A stretch of 64,000 bases of DNA from NCBI GenBank assembly GCA_963743645.1, contig CAVUQT010000006.1, forward strand, positions 24,238 to 88,237. The letters are read 5' to 3'. Positions 20,197 through 29,616 of this stretch are shown here, piece by piece. Made by a program: the position numbers and the translations under genes. Each line of letters starts with the position of its first letter. Positions within the stretch are counted from its first letter, which is position 1. This stretch comes from an uncultured Solirubrobacterales bacterium (GTDB lineage: Bacteria > Actinomycetota > Thermoleophilia > Solirubrobacterales > Solirubrobacteraceae). Below the pieces are notes generated by a model. That model worked only from the letters and a program-made list of their open reading frames with translations. It was not told the origin of the DNA and made no database searches.

Positions 20197-20328
20197 CTAC
20201 TTGTGCTCCGATCCGCCCCTCTTCTCCAGGTTGAAGATCGTTTTGGGAAGCTTGGGAACCGATCCTGGCGCCGGCGCGTTACCAGGCTTGGGAAGCGAGG
20301 ACGGAGTGCTGATAGGACGGTCTGCCAT
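20197..20328 (-). CDS. Putative 43-aa Pro-rich micropeptide
   Basis: ATG lies 2 nt after the stop of the 3-TM gene: MADRPISTPSSLPKPGNAPAPGSVPKLPKTIFNLEKRGGSEHK. Confidence 0.4.
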   Translation of the reverse strand: MADRPISTPSSLPKPGNAPAPGSVPKLPKTIFNLEKRGGSEHK

Positions 20329-20330
20329 AG

Positions 20331-20807
20331 CTATGAGGCTAGCGCAGCTGCGGCGGCAAGACCAGTGGTCTCCAGAACGAGTGCGGCGAGCGCCGCACCC
20401 AAGAACCAAACCAGTCGCCTGACTGCCTTCGTGTTCGCCTCCCGTTGCTCCTCGAATGCGTCCGCAAGTGCGAGGTCGACCATGGGCTGTTCGAGTATTC
20501 CCTTGTCCCAGAGCGCTCGATAGGCAGCTGGCGCGTTGACGCTAAAACCGAGCTCGTAGGGTCGTAGCAGCAGCACGACGTTGAGGAGAAGGCCGCCTGC
20601 CCCGAGCAGCCCGACGACCGTCGCAAGCATCTCCAGGACATCATTTGGGTGTCCGCCATGGAAGACAGGCTTGGCCAGCAGGGACGCAATCACGGCACCA
20701 GCGGCGAGCAGCGTCGATCCTCGGCTTCGGACCTCGGCGACTTGGCGCTCCTGTTCAGCAAGAGCCTCCGATCCGAGTTGGTATACGCGCTCCTCGAAGC
20801 TGGTCAT
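20331..20807 (-). CDS. 3-TM membrane protein, topology like Pycsar PycTM effectors
   Basis: Helix-TM1-TM2-'LRP'-loop-helix-TM3 layout in 158 aa. Confidence 0.65.
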   Translation of the reverse strand: MTSFEERVYQLGSEALAEQERQVAEVRSRGSTLLAAGAVIASLLAKPVFHGGHPNDVLEMLATVVGLLGAGGLLLNVVLLLRPYELGFSVNAPAAYRALWDKGILEQPMVDLALADAFEEQREANTKAVRRLVWFLGAALAALVLETTGLAAAAALAS

Positions 20808-20849
20808 CGCGACGACAGAATGCCTGCTATGTCGGATGCCTACACGCCT

Positions 20850-21000
20850 GATGGGTATCCGGTTTACTCCGGGAAGCCGCGTGAGTGGGAGATGAGTCCC
20901 GGTGGGGATGCCCGAAATTGCCGCCCAGTGGGTGTGGAACCCCTCAATGGTGCGATTTCAAGGGCATCATCCCATCAGACGGAGCTAACCGGATACGCAC
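20850..21000. mobile_element. 151-bp MITE with imperfect ~21-bp TIRs and 9-bp target duplication
   Basis: Left end GATGGGTATCCGGTTTACTCCG matches the reverse complement of the right end, GTGCGTATCCGGTTAGCTCCG. TACACGCCT occurs at 20841-20849 and 21001-21009. Confidence 0.8.
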
Positions 21001-21161
21001 TACACGCCTTGTCGATGTTTGGAGCAGGATTGCCCGGTGTGTGTGCGCGTCGGACCGGCGCGGCGCAGTGCTCCCGCACGGTCGGGTGATACGGACGCAG
21101 ACCACTGATCGAAAGAACGACTTATGTGCATCAGCTGGAATATTCTTGTAGGCTCGCTGCC

Positions 21162-22643
21162 GTGGCGACGGTGGTGGAATCGATTCCAAACGGCTCTGAG
21201 CCCGAGGGATGGCGACATGCGCGCCTGATCCCCACGTTTGGCACCCGCACCCAGCAAGAGCAAGAGCAGCGCGCTACGTCTTGCCTGCTCGCCGTCATGC
21301 ATGGGGTCCCGGAGTTTGGGCATGCGCTCCTGAAAGAGCTTGGCGCGCCGAAGTCGCCGAGCATTGAAACCTTTGCAGAGGTCCGGTTCAAGGATGCTGC
21401 TGGCAAGACAGTGATTCCAGACGGCGCGATCGTCTGTCGTCGAGGCAAGAAAACCTGGACGTGTTTCGTCGAGGTCAAGACCGGCTCGGCCCACCTTAGA
21501 GAGGAGCAGGTGGCAAGCTACCTTGACGTCGCGCACGAAAACGGTTTCGACGGGGTCCTCACGATATCGACCGAGATCACCGCCTCATCTGATGAATCGC
21601 CCGTTACGGTTGGCGGTCGATTCAAGCTGCGCTCGACATGTCTATGGCACTTCTCGTGGTGGAGGGTTCTCACTGAGGCTGTTGTGCAGCAGCGCTACCA
21701 CGGCATCTCTGATCCCGACCAGGAGTGGGTCCTGCGCGAGCTGATCCACTATCTGAGCAGCGAGGCCTCGGGTGCGGTTGGCTTCGAGGATATGGGCGAG
21801 AACTGGGTAACGGTCAGGAAGTCCGCTCACGACGGAACGCTGCGTGCTGGAAACCCCGCGACACGTGATGTAGCGGAGCGCTGGGAGCAGTTCACGAACT
21901 ATCTTGCCCTGAGTCTTTCACAGGAGCTGGGTGCCTCGGTGATCGCTCATCGTCCTCGCACGCAGAGCATGTCGGCACGTCTCGAAGAGACCGTTAGATC
22001 TCTTGGCGAGTCGGGTGAGCTGCGCTCGACGTTACGCATCCCCGACGCCGTCGGGCCTCTTGAGATTTACACGGACCTACGATCCCGCCAGACCACAATA
22101 AGCGTCGCTATCGATGCCCCTCGCGAAGGGAAGCAGAGGGCGCGCTTCAACTGGCTGATCAAACAACTCACTGATGCTCCCGACGACCTCCGCGTGGAAG
22201 CGGCTTTTCCTAACGCTCGGGTTACAACGGCTGCTTTGCTTGGCAGTGTCCGCAAAGACCCGACGGTGCTCTTCTACCCACCCGACCCACAGCGAGAGCC
22301 TCGTGCCTTCGTCTTGGCGCACTCCCGTCCAATGGGACAGAAGCGGGGACGCGCAGAAGGATCATTTGTGCGCGAGACTAGTACCCAGGCGGTCGAGTTC
22401 TACCGCGACCTTCTCCAGAATCTGAAGCGTTGGACCGCACCTGCGCCAAAACTGCGTGCCGAGCCCGAGAGCACCGAGCCAAAAGGCACCGAGCTAGCCA
22501 TCGTCCCCGTCTGGGTCAGTGAGTCTCCCGTCGAGGACCAGGCTGATGGCTTGAGCGCGACGCCACTACCTGCTAATTCGGCGGAGAGTCCGACCATGGA
22601 TCCCCTGCCCGGATCGACCCCATATAACGGACACACGTCGTAA
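21162..22643 (+). CDS. PD-(D/E)XK nuclease-like protein (actinobacterial family often labelled stress-response/TerD-associated)
   Basis: ARLIPT..EQEQRATSCLLAV and PDGAI...FVEVKT motifs. TAGGCT lies 7 nt before GTG 21162. Confidence 0.7.
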   Translation: MATVVESIPNGSEPEGWRHARLIPTFGTRTQQEQEQRATSCLLAVMHGVPEFGHALLKELGAPKSPSIETFAEVRFKDAAGKTVIPDGAIVCRRGKKTWTCFVEVKTGSAHLREEQVASYLDVAHENGFDGVLTISTEITASSDESPVTVGGRFKLRSTCLWHFSWWRVLTEAVVQQRYHGISDPDQEWVLRELIHYLSSEASGAVGFEDMGENWVTVRKSAHDGTLRAGNPATRDVAERWEQFTNYLALSLSQELGASVIAHRPRTQSMSARLEETVRSLGESGELRSTLRIPDAVGPLEIYTDLRSRQTTISVAIDAPREGKQRARFNWLIKQLTDAPDDLRVEAAFPNARVTTAALLGSVRKDPTVLFYPPDPQREPRAFVLAHSRPMGQKRGRAEGSFVRETSTQAVEFYRDLLQNLKRWTAPAPKLRAEPESTEPKGTELAIVPVWVSESPVEDQADGLSATPLPANSAESPTMDPLPGSTPYNGHTS

Positions 22644-22832
22644 CATTCTCCGCAGCATGGGAGCGCTCCAAGGGCTGGCGCTGATCTGGATGTCGAGGAG
22701 CGCACGTTGCGCCGGGCTGCCTCTCAGGGCACTCTGCGCTCCACCCGGAGTGGGCCGAGGCAAGCTGCGCCTCGGGCATCGTGCTGGTAACGTGCGCCAG
22801 CACATCACAGGCTGAGATCCGGGGGGACAAGT

Positions 22833-24095
22833 ATGTCGCGTTTGTGCGTAACGTTCGTGTGTGCAATGGCCATGTCGTTGCTAGGTGTCTGCCCGGCTTT
22901 GGCGGATGGCCCTGAAGGCATGCCCGGAATACCGGGAGGCGCGACGATCGAAGGGGCCCCTCTGCCGCAGTCCGGTGCGGTGGGCAGCACTGCGAGCGGT
23001 ACTGGTGGCAGTAAACCGGGCGCTTCGACCGGCCAGCCGGGTCCATCGGGCCCGGGCCAGTCGGGAAAAGGTCAGTCGGGTGGGCCCGGCCAGGCGGCTG
23101 CTCCGGCAAAGACTGTGCGGCTGACAAAGCGCTGTCGCTGGTCTCGCGGGCACCATGGTGGCACGAGGACCTGCCGTTACTATCACGGAAAAAAGCTCGT
23201 TAAGACCTGCGTCAAGAAGCCAGAGCATCGGGAACGTTGCAAGTTTGCGCACGCAGCGCCCGCCGCGGGCAACAAGACGCACGCCAAGGCTGCTGGCACG
23301 AGAGTCAATTCGGGATACGTCGAACCGCCCAGCGGCACGGTGGTCCGTATCTACTGGCGGGTCACAAATCCGAGCAGCCATCTGGAATACGGGGAGAGCT
23401 GCTCGGGCTCGGTGATCGCCCGTGGGCTGATTCTCACGGCAGGGCACTGTGTTTTCTCCAACCAGCACGATGGGACTCCACACTCTGGCTTTGTCAATTA
23501 CTACGACCTCACCACCTACACCGTCGTTCCCGATAACACATTGATCAATGGTGTGAACTCGGCTCCTTACGGGGGATGGTCTGTGAAAAACATGTGGACC
23601 ACGAGCGACTATGCGTCCAGCGGCGGCGTGGGCGGCGACTGGGGAATCATCGAGGTCAACCCGAACGCCCAGGGGCAGTATCCGGGCGATGTGGTCGGCA
23701 ACCTGGTTGCGACGTGGAATCAGCCGACGATCGATCAGCTGTATTCGACGGGCTATCCCGCGTCGTTCGGGTTCGCGCTCGCGCAGTATGGCGGAGGCGC
23801 GCTCCAGTACTTCTGCGACGACGTCTGGTCAGAAAAAGAAGACCATGAGTCATCGGCCGAATTCGGCACGTACTATGCGATGCTGATCAAACCCTGTGAG
23901 GAGACCGGCGGAGCGAGCGGGGGTCCGGTGTTGACCGACACATCGACCGGCTGGACGGTCATAGGCGTCAACAACCGAGGGCCTGAACCCCCGAGCCAGA
24001 ACGCGTTTGGCACGTACATGCTGTCCTTTTATCTCGAAGGCCGGTTCGGAGAATTCTGGGACTCGGTCGTCAACCAAGTCAACTCGGGCGCTTAG
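22833..24095 (+). CDS. Secreted trypsin-like (S1) serine protease with Gly/Pro-rich and Cys/basic N-terminal region
   Basis: Signal peptide, and the triad motifs LTAGHC, GDWG and GASGGP. Confidence 0.85.
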   Translation: MSRLCVTFVCAMAMSLLGVCPALADGPEGMPGIPGGATIEGAPLPQSGAVGSTASGTGGSKPGASTGQPGPSGPGQSGKGQSGGPGQAAAPAKTVRLTKRCRWSRGHHGGTRTCRYYHGKKLVKTCVKKPEHRERCKFAHAAPAAGNKTHAKAAGTRVNSGYVEPPSGTVVRIYWRVTNPSSHLEYGESCSGSVIARGLILTAGHCVFSNQHDGTPHSGFVNYYDLTTYTVVPDNTLINGVNSAPYGGWSVKNMWTTSDYASSGGVGGDWGIIEVNPNAQGQYPGDVVGNLVATWNQPTIDQLYSTGYPASFGFALAQYGGGALQYFCDDVWSEKEDHESSAEFGTYYAMLIKPCEETGGASGGPVLTDTSTGWTVIGVNNRGPEPPSQNAFGTYMLSFYLEGRFGEFWDSVVNQVNSGA

Positions 24096-24769
24096 CTCTC
24101 GTCTGTTGCGGCGTCAGCCTCCTCCTCGCCAGCCTCCTCGCCAGCTTCCTCATCGTCCTCCCCTGCGTAAAGCGACTCTTGCGCGAGCTCCTGCCCTTTG
24201 CCTCCAAACAGCTTGATCTCGAGCAGGTCTCCCCGATAGTCATCCGGCGCGATCAGCGTGAACCGCTCCTCGATCAGTTCGCACTGATCGACGGCCAGGT
24301 CGGCCAGCTCCGCGGTGGCGACGCGCCCGCCGGCGAGCAGCGGGCGGCCCCAGACGAGCGTCATCGCCGCGACCGCGCCGGAGTGTCCGCGCCAGGAGCC
24401 GATCGGCTCCTCACATAGGTCGAGCGTCCAGTCGGGGTTGCGCTCGGCGGTCTCGTCGGTGAAGTCGGCGTGAGCGTAGAAGTCGGTCGGGTCCTCGCCC
24501 TCGGCGGCTGCGATAAAGCGGACGTAGCCGAACAGCTCGTACCCGCGTGAGGTGATCGTGCTCGCGGGAACGTACGTGCGTCCATGCCAGGTGCGGTCCG
24601 GGTACCACGCGATGTCCCCGGGCTCGCCGAGATCCTCGCCGTCGTCGGTGAGCGTCAGGCACGCCGCGAGAAACTCTGCGCTCAGCCGCTGCGCCCAGCG
24701 ACCGTACGGCAGGTCCTCCTGCGGGGGCTCGGCGGCGAAGCGTGGCAGGAAGCGTTCCTCGGGAGCCAT
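24092..24769 (-). CDS. Acidic hypothetical protein
   Basis: 225-aa ORF with host-like codon usage, operonic with galT. Confidence 0.75.
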   Translation of the reverse strand: MAPEERFLPRFAAEPPQEDLPYGRWAQRLSAEFLAACLTLTDDGEDLGEPGDIAWYPDRTWHGRTYVPASTITSRGYELFGYVRFIAAAEGEDPTDFYAHADFTDETAERNPDWTLDLCEEPIGSWRGHSGAVAAMTLVWGRPLLAGGRVATAELADLAVDQCELIEERFTLIAPDDYRGDLLEIKLFGGKGQELAQESLYAGEDDEEAGEEAGEEEADAATDES

Positions 24770-24784
24770 TCGCCGTCAGCCTAT

Positions 24785-25762
24785 CTACGCCTCGCGCAGC
24801 AACGCCGCGGCGTGCTCGGGCGCGACGATGTTCAGGTTCAGCCCCGTGGACAGCTCCAGCCCCGCGAGATGGGTCAGCCGTGGCGCGATGTCGATGCGCC
24901 AGCAGAACTGCTCTACGCCGCGCGGCGCCGTGCGCGCCCACAGGTTCAACGGCGGGCTGGAGCCGAGCAGGCGCGCGAGCCGACGCAGCCCGTCGTGCAG
25001 CAGCGCCGCGCCGGCCGTGTCGGCCTCGAAGCGCGCGCAGGGCCTGCGCGGGGCGAGCATCAGCTGAAACGGCAGCCGCGACGCGTACGGCGCGAGCAGC
25101 ACGGCCTCGTCGTCGATCGCGACGATCCGCTCACCGCGCCGGACCTCTTCGGCGACGAGGTCCTCGACCAGGTCGTGGCCCATCGTGCGCGTCGTGTACG
25201 CGCCGGCGCGCTCGCGCTCGCGGGCGACGTCGGCGGGCACGAAGTCCAGCGCGTACAGCTGGGCGTGGGTATGGGGCAAAGACGCGCCCGCCTCACGGCG
25301 CTCGTTGACGATCAGCTGCACGTACGCGTTGTCTGCGTGCGCCCGCATGCGTGCGCGCCACACGTCCACCGCCGCGGCAGCCTGCTCGGCGGGCAGGTCG
25401 GCGAGCGACAGAACGGACTGGGGCCCGTTGACGATCACCTCGTGCGCGCCGACCGCGGGCCGTGCGAGAAACAGCTCCGAGCCCTCATGCCTCTCGGGCT
25501 CGGCCGCGTCGGGCGCGAGCGCCGGATACAGGTTGGGCACCACCCGGACGGTCCATCCGGGCGAGTCGGCCGGCCCGCCTCCGGGACGCACCGCATACAG
25601 CTCGGGCGGGGTGCGGTCCTCGTGGCCCTCGGCAAACGGGTCGCGCTCGACGTCGATCGGCTCGGGCGGGTCACAGCGCGGCTCACCGCCCGGACGGCGC
25701 GAGCGCTCGCCGGCGACGATCGTGCGATGCCCGCTCAGCGGGTCTATACGGATCTCGGGCAT
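24785..25762 (-). CDS. galT: Galactose-1-phosphate uridylyltransferase family protein
   Basis: EIRIDPL, RVVPNLYPAL, GAHEVIV and GASLPHTHAQ (HxHxQ). Confidence 0.9.
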   Translation of the reverse strand: MPEIRIDPLSGHRTIVAGERSRRPGGEPRCDPPEPIDVERDPFAEGHEDRTPPELYAVRPGGGPADSPGWTVRVVPNLYPALAPDAAEPERHEGSELFLARPAVGAHEVIVNGPQSVLSLADLPAEQAAAAVDVWRARMRAHADNAYVQLIVNERREAGASLPHTHAQLYALDFVPADVARERERAGAYTTRTMGHDLVEDLVAEEVRRGERIVAIDDEAVLLAPYASRLPFQLMLAPRRPCARFEADTAGAALLHDGLRRLARLLGSSPPLNLWARTAPRGVEQFCWRIDIAPRLTHLAGLELSTGLNLNIVAPEHAAALLREA

Positions 25763-25791
25763 ACCTGCGGTTCAGGTCTATGGCTGCGGGT

Positions 25792-26400
25792 TCAGGTCTG
25801 CTGCTCGTCCAGCGCGTAGCGCCGAACGTCCAGCTCGAGTCTGGCGGAGCTCGGGTAGGGGCCTTGGTGGATGTACTGGTGGCCGGCGCGATCGTAGAAC
25901 ACGGTGACGGGCGTAAACGTCGAATCGACGACAGCCGCGCCGAGCCGGCCGCTCTGGTCGTAGTAGCTCGGGTAGCCGACGGGTACGGCGCGCAGGAACG
26001 CACGCCCGTCGGTGAGGCTCGTGTCACCGGAGTCGATCCCCAGAAACGCGACCGTGCGCCCCAGCGACACCGATGCCTGCTGGAACGCGGCGCGCTCGCC
26101 CTGGCAGGGGATGCACCAGGACGCCCACTTGTTGATCACCAGCGGGTACCCGTGCAGCGCGGCCAGGCGCGCATGCAGGGCAGACGCGCCGCCGGCCAGG
26201 ATCTGGCCGGCCTGGGCGTGCAGCGCGGCCAGCGGCGCGGGCGAGTCCGCCAGCCGCGCGTCCAGCTGTGAGAGCGTCAGCCGCGACCCGTTCGAGGAGG
26301 ACGGGGAGCCCGCGAGCTGAACCAGGCCGACGATCAGAATCGCGATGACGGCGGCGATGGCGACCGTCGCGAGCAGGCGGGCGGGGGTGATCCCGGTCAT
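25792..26400 (-). CDS. TlpA/ResA-like membrane-anchored thiol-disulfide reductase
   Basis: N-terminal TM, NKWASWCIPC, and cis-Pro motif TPVT. Confidence 0.88.
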   Translation of the reverse strand: MTGITPARLLATVAIAAVIAILIVGLVQLAGSPSSSNGSRLTLSQLDARLADSPAPLAALHAQAGQILAGGASALHARLAALHGYPLVINKWASWCIPCQGERAAFQQASVSLGRTVAFLGIDSGDTSLTDGRAFLRAVPVGYPSYYDQSGRLGAAVVDSTFTPVTVFYDRAGHQYIHQGPYPSSARLELDVRRYALDEQQT

Positions 26401-26634
26401 CGCGGGTAAGGGTCGCAGATCGTCGAAGCTCCTCCGCCGGCGACCGCGACCGCCGGAACTGTTCATCGTCGGGACCCCTTCAATTCCCCCCCGACGTGCT
26501 ATATGCTGAGGAGCACGTCAGGCCGGTTCGCTGTGAGCATCCGGCGACGTCGCCGGCCAGGCGCCGGCAAGTAATGAGTTCCGCCGAAAGCCACTACGTG
26601 CGGCGGGCTCCGTCTCGAAGTCCAGAGCCCTTAG

Positions 26635-29553
26635 ATGGCCGAGTCCACTTCAGTGGCCCTCGCGGCCGCGCCAACGCCTAGCTCCGCCGATATCAAACGC
26701 GCGGAGAAGTTCGTGCGCGATCGATTCCTGCACGAGGGCGAGGACGCCGCGGTCGCGCTGGCGCCGGGCTCTCCACGCAGGCGTGCGCTGGAGCAGGCCC
26801 TGACCGAGCTGGAGACGGGCGCCAAGCACCCGTCGACGGAATGGCGCAGGGACTACTCGCTGCTGCTCGGCTTGGAGCGGCTGCTGTCCGACGACGAGCC
26901 GAAGCTGGCCGACGGCACCGTGCTCTCGGCGCACCAGGTCGACGCGCTGTCGGGCACGCTGACGGCGCTGCTGGCGGAGGCGCAGCGGACCAATGGGAAC
27001 GGCAACGGCAACGGCAGGGCCGGGGCATCGCCGGAGCTGCTGGCTTCAGCCGCGATCCTCGGCCCGGACGAGGCGCCTGGGAAGGACACCGCCGGCGGGG
27101 ATGCCCGGGATGCCGGCGCGACCGCTGCCGCGGAGGCGACGGGCGCAGGGAGTGCGCCCACCGATGATGGATACGACGAGGACGAGCCCGCAGACACAGA
27201 CGACGAGGACGACGATGACGATGAGCTCGGCCCCGTCCAGCGCGCCGCCCCCGACGAGGACGATGAGGACGAGGACGATGAGGACGACGAGCTGGACGAC
27301 GATGACGATGAGCCGGAGGAGCTCGAAGCGGACACGGACGCCGAGGAGCCCCGCGACTGGGTCGACGAGGACGAGGACGAGTCATCGCTCGCCGAGCAGC
27401 CGGAGGACCCGAACGCGGCTAAGCGTTTCTGGTTCGAGCACGCCACGGGCGCGGGCAAGACGGTCGCGGCGCTCGGGTTCGTAGAGGCGTCACAGACCGG
27501 CGGGATCCTGATCCTCACGCACAGACGCAACCTCGTCGACCAGTTTCACGGCGAGCTGCGCGAGCGCGGGTACTCCAAGCGCATCTCCAGGCCGCTGCTG
27601 CTGGGCGAGGACTCGGTCAAGGGACCGGTAACGGTCGAGACCTACCAGTGGTTCGTACGCAACGCCGGCCGAGTCTCGGGCGCGTACACGATCGTGATCT
27701 GCGACGAGGCGCACACCGCGCTGGGGGAGAAGACCAGCGGCGCGATCCGCAAGTGGACGGGGCCGATCTTCATCGGCATGACCGCCACGGGCGCGCTGAT
27801 CGCGCGGCACGTGACCGACCTGTTCCCGACGCAGACCTCGCGCTTTGACCTCGCCCAGGCGGCGCGACGCGGTGTGATCTCGCCGCTGCGCTGCGTGCGC
27901 ATCTCACCGGGGGTGGGTGTGCGCACGATCGCCAACGTGCCGCTGCGGCGCGGCGAGGTGGACACCGAGTTCGACCAGGACGAGCTGGCGAAACTGCTCG
28001 ACCAGCAGCCGTTCAACATGGCCGCGGCGAACCTGTACAAGACGCGGTTCAACGGTGTGCCGGGGGTGGTGTACGCGGCGGGCGTGCAGCACGCGTACAA
28101 CCTCGCCGAGGCATTTCGCGCGGAAGACATCAAGGCACAGGCGGTCTCCGGCGAGACGCCCAAGCGCGAGCTGGCGGAGGTCCTGGCGCGCTACGAGCGC
28201 GGGGACGTCGACGTGCTGATCAACGCCCAACTGCTCGCCGAGGGCTGGAACTCGCCGCGGGCGACCGTCTGTGTGCACCTCGCACCGACGGCCTCCAAAC
28301 GCATCTACCAGCAGCGCGTCGGGCGCGTCACCCGCCGGCATCCGGGCAAGGAGGCAGGGCTGGTCGTGGACTTCGTGCACCCGGCGACCAAGAACGACGA
28401 TCCGGTCGTGACGCTGCACTCGCTGCTGGACCGCGACGTGTACCGGGGCGGCGCGATCGTGGTCGGTCCCGTCAGGCGCGGACGCGGGCGGCGGATGCGC
28501 GTGGAGCGCCGGGTGCTGCCGGTGTGCGCGGAGGAGGAGCGGCGGATCGCGGTGTTCGAGCGCGAGCTGTGGCGGATCGCCGTGGAGAACCTCGACTACG
28601 GCGAGCAGCACGTGTGGGCGGCGCTGGCGGGCGCGCGCGTCGCGCCGGCGGGCTGGCGCAGGGCGCGGGCGATGCTGCACTTCGACCGCGGCGGCGAGCT
28701 GAAGAGCCGCTTCTTGATCACCGCGGTGCAGCGCAACAAGAGCCCGCAGCTGCGCCTGCGCGCGCTGGCGGACATCGCCGCGTTGCGCGACCCGGACGCG
28801 TTTGACACCGCGATCGACATCATCGGCGGCTGGCCGCGCGAGGAGCGCAGGGAGGCGACCAAGATCATGCTGCGCGCGATGGTCGAGCGCCGGATCGGCC
28901 GCCGCGACCAGGCCAACGCCTGGATCTGGCGCCTGGCGGAGTACACGCGCGAGGTGCACGAGGAGTACGCGGTGCAGCGCTGGCCGGAGACCAAGCGGCT
29001 GCTGGGGCTGCTGGTGAACTCCTCCGGGGGCGCGCACGCGCGCAACGCCAGACGGCTGATCCATGCCGCGCGCAAGCAGGACCGGCGCCTGGCCGCCGCG
29101 CTGCTGGCCGCGGCGCTCGCACACACGCCCGAGGCGGAGGAGGCGCTGCGCGGAGCCCGTACGCGGATGGCGCGCAAGCCGCCGGCGCTGGCGCGCGAGC
29201 TGTTGCGCAACTTCCCCAAGCGCCGCGCGCGCAACAACCGGCGCAGACGCAAGGGCGCCGCGAAAGGCCCGGCAGCCGCGAACGGCTCCGCGAAGCAGGC
29301 GGTCGCAGCGGACGCCGATCGCAAGGACGGGACGGACGGCGCCAGAGACAAAGCGCCGCCCAAGGCCGCTGGCCGGCGTAGCTCGGCGGGCAGGCGCGGC
29401 AAGCGGGCGCAGGCGCCCAGCGACGCCGTCCTGGATGAGGCGCTGGCGAGCGAGACAGTGAAGCCCGCAAGCGAAAACGGCGGACTGGCTCCGGCACAGG
29501 AAGGCAAGCTGGAGCGCAACGTCGCCGAGGCGCTGGAGCACGCCGAGGAGTAG
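26635..29553 (+). CDS. Superfamily II DEAH helicase with large acidic insertion and basic tail
   Basis: HQVDAL (Q motif), ATGAGKT, DEAH, MTAT, LAEGWN and QRVGRVTR motifs. Confidence 0.9.
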   Translation: MAESTSVALAAAPTPSSADIKRAEKFVRDRFLHEGEDAAVALAPGSPRRRALEQALTELETGAKHPSTEWRRDYSLLLGLERLLSDDEPKLADGTVLSAHQVDALSGTLTALLAEAQRTNGNGNGNGRAGASPELLASAAILGPDEAPGKDTAGGDARDAGATAAAEATGAGSAPTDDGYDEDEPADTDDEDDDDDELGPVQRAAPDEDDEDEDDEDDELDDDDDEPEELEADTDAEEPRDWVDEDEDESSLAEQPEDPNAAKRFWFEHATGAGKTVAALGFVEASQTGGILILTHRRNLVDQFHGELRERGYSKRISRPLLLGEDSVKGPVTVETYQWFVRNAGRVSGAYTIVICDEAHTALGEKTSGAIRKWTGPIFIGMTATGALIARHVTDLFPTQTSRFDLAQAARRGVISPLRCVRISPGVGVRTIANVPLRRGEVDTEFDQDELAKLLDQQPFNMAAANLYKTRFNGVPGVVYAAGVQHAYNLAEAFRAEDIKAQAVSGETPKRELAEVLARYERGDVDVLINAQLLAEGWNSPRATVCVHLAPTASKRIYQQRVGRVTRRHPGKEAGLVVDFVHPATKNDDPVVTLHSLLDRDVYRGGAIVVGPVRRGRGRRMRVERRVLPVCAEEERRIAVFERELWRIAVENLDYGEQHVWAALAGARVAPAGWRRARAMLHFDRGGELKSRFLITAVQRNKSPQLRLRALADIAALRDPDAFDTAIDIIGGWPREERREATKIMLRAMVERRIGRRDQANAWIWRLAEYTREVHEEYAVQRWPETKRLLGLLVNSSGGAHARNARRLIHAARKQDRRLAAALLAAALAHTPEAEEALRGARTRMARKPPALARELLRNFPKRRARNNRRRRKGAAKGPAAANGSAKQAVAADADRKDGTDGARDKAPPKAAGRRSSAGRRGKRAQAPSDAVLDEALASETVKPASENGGLAPAQEGKLERNVAEALEHAEE

Positions 29554-29616
29554 CGGTCCCCGACCGGGACGGTCGCCCGACCGTCCTGACACCCGGGCGC
29601 CCCAGCGCGAGGCAGG

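Larger units (their letters stand above)
18706..20330 (+). pseudogene. C-terminal remnant of a helical (TPR-like) protein, truncated by IS256 and interrupted by IS630
   Basis: ARCWFEPRRALEEAEISIESNRILGNEIEVAKC...AFAIQA rejoins in frame with RASLKGL... after removing IS630 plus one TA. The 3' end is uncertain. Confidence 0.5.
16395..24091. mobile_element. Decayed genomic island / insertion hotspot downstream of tRNA-Arg
   Basis: Visibly lower GC3 in the non-IS genes, a TA pair, two IS, a MITE, gene remnants and a nuclease. No intact integrase or attR seen. Right boundary is approximate. Confidence 0.6.

Noticed and set aside
20980-21000. Inverted tRNA-Ala-like 3' fragment (att remnant)
   Set aside because: Better explained as the right TIR of the MITE, which has a matching left end and a 9-bp duplication.
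22715-22727. 13-bp match (GGCTGCCTCTCAG) to the end of the 5012-5206 element
   Set aside because: Short and GC-rich with no partner arm, so plausibly chance.
16395-24100. Intact prophage or integrative element at tRNA-Arg
   Set aside because: No full integrase, phage structural genes or attR repeat were found.
27904-29592. Long antisense or alternate-frame ORFs (also 41487..43304, 14458..16332, 59221..61050 and many others)
   Set aside because: These are shadow ORFs typical of very high-GC DNA. They overlap well-supported genes, are Arg/Ala/Pro-rich and have no motifs.
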